In this document: piece by piece, positions 62,631 to 64,000 of the stretch
Layout of the letters: each line of letters begins with the position of its first letter
Position numbering within the stretch: position 1 is the stretch's first letter
NCBI RefSeq assembly: GCF_006345805.1
Contig: NC_042999.1
Location: forward strand, 87,110,001-87,174,000
Origin: Octopus sinensis
Taxonomy: Eukaryota
Direction: 5' to 3'
Length of the DNA: 64,000 bases
Notes under the pieces: model-generated
Database searches by the model: none
The model's input: the letters and a program-made list of their open reading frames with translations, nothing else
Told to the model about the DNA's origin: nothing
Translations under genes and position numbers: made by a program

Positions 62631-63371
62631 TAGGTGGATGTTAAACGGTAATGATAATGATGATGATGATGATCTTAATTATATATACATTATATAATCT
62701 AGTTCTTTCTGGCTTTCATTTCTCAGTTCATCTTAGAATTATCTTAATATCTGATTCCATGTTCATTTTGACTGAAACTTAAATGTTTCAGTATCCAATG
62801 CATATAATTTATCTGGTTCAAACAAGAACTTGCATGGAAGACAAGTTGCCACAAATAGATATACTGAGTCCTGTAGCATTTTTATAACACTCTAAATTCA
62901 AGTCAAAATTATCTCAACAGTTCAGGATATAAAAGTTGTTATTCTCCAAGAGATTGTATATATTGAATAAATATATTTAACAAACAATAGTTGTTTTTTT
63001 GGAGGTTTTTTTTTACTGGCTTTAGCTTCTCAATTCTGTTTAGTGTTTCATATTGTCTGATATACAGTGAGTATAAATGAAAATGTCACGACTAGGTAGT
63101 TAGGGAAAAGAGTTTATCAGAGATAATGAGAAAGAAAAGGATGTATTACTATGAAGAGAAAGAAACCAAAAACATAACAAAAATATTACTATGAGCAAGT
63201 GAATAAATGAATTCAGGAAAAAGTCAAAGTGCACTTGGTGATCCACCTCAATTAAGAGTTCATCAATGTTATTTGTAGCTACAAGAACATCTTCATAATT
63301 TGTGTGTTGTTTGTAGGGTTGTTAAACAGAAATTTTAAAAAGCAGTATTTCAATAGCTAAAAGGCATCAAA

Positions 63372-63800
63372 TTATCATCATTGTTTAGTGTCTGTTTTCC
63401 AAGCTGGCATGGGTTAGCCAGTTTGAGTGGAACTCGTAAGCTGGAGAGCTGTACCAGGCTCTAGTCTGTTTTGGTTTGGTTTCTAAAACAGACTGGAGCC
63501 TGGTGTAGCTCTCCAGCTTACCAGTTCCTGTCAAATCATCATCATTTAACATCCACTTTCCATACTAGCATGGGCTGGATGGTTCGACAGGGGTCTGGGA
63601 AGCCAGGAGGCTGCACCAGGCCCAGTCTGATCTGGCAGTGTTTCTACAGCTGGATGCCCTTCCTAATGCCAACCACTCCATGAGTGTAGTGGGTGCTTTT
63701 TATGTGCCACTGGCACAGGTGCCAGGTGAGGCTGGCAACAGCCATGATCGGTTGGTGCTTTTTACGTGCCATTGGCACTGGTATCACAACTATAATTTCC
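63372..63800. mobile_element. Stacked RTE-tail fragments including an inverted pair
   Basis: Minus-strand tails at 63372 and 63536; inverted arms at 63422-63472 and 63485-63535. Confidence 0.8.
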
Positions 63801-64000
63801 ATTGATTTTTGATTGATTTCAATAAAATACCAATAAAAGCACCTGAGCAAGAACATCACATAAATAGGTGGAAATATCAAAAGATTTATATTAAAAAATT
63901 CATGTGAGACTGTGTTTGAATGATATAACAACACCAACCAAACATTGAATAACTTTTATTTCAACTCGCATATTATTGAGGTTGGTCATGAATTATAAGA

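Overview
AT-rich, microsatellite-dense eukaryotic DNA. The SINE/LINE repertoire and (TA)n/(CA)n/(ATG)n load point to a coleoid cephalopod, most likely Octopus (inference). I find no confidently identifiable host protein-coding gene. A CpG-rich promoter-like zone at about 6.5-10.2 kb, with a perfect minus-strand splice donor at 9633, suggests a gene 5' end; the rest looks like CpG-depleted intronic or intergenic DNA. The window is mostly transposon relics: five copies of one RTE-clade LINE (RT carrying an internal PHD-like C4HC3 finger), a BovB-like RTE 3' end with three C2H2 fingers, CR1-like, R4/Dong and Gypsy remnants, mariner, pogo/POGK-like and Merlin (IS1595-like) DNA transposons, two non-autonomous Helitrons, hAT/piggyBac/TA-TSD MITEs, and about 20 tRNA-derived SINE copies of two families. 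The most notable signal is a set of Penelope-type minimal type I hammerhead ribozyme motifs of three sequence families (18185, 15436 with its relative at 60597, and 15130), sitting in short non-coding modules between (TA)n tracts. There are also several long fold-back hairpins that could form dsRNA. All calls come from manual reading; no alignments or database searches were run, and the ends of decayed elements are approximate.
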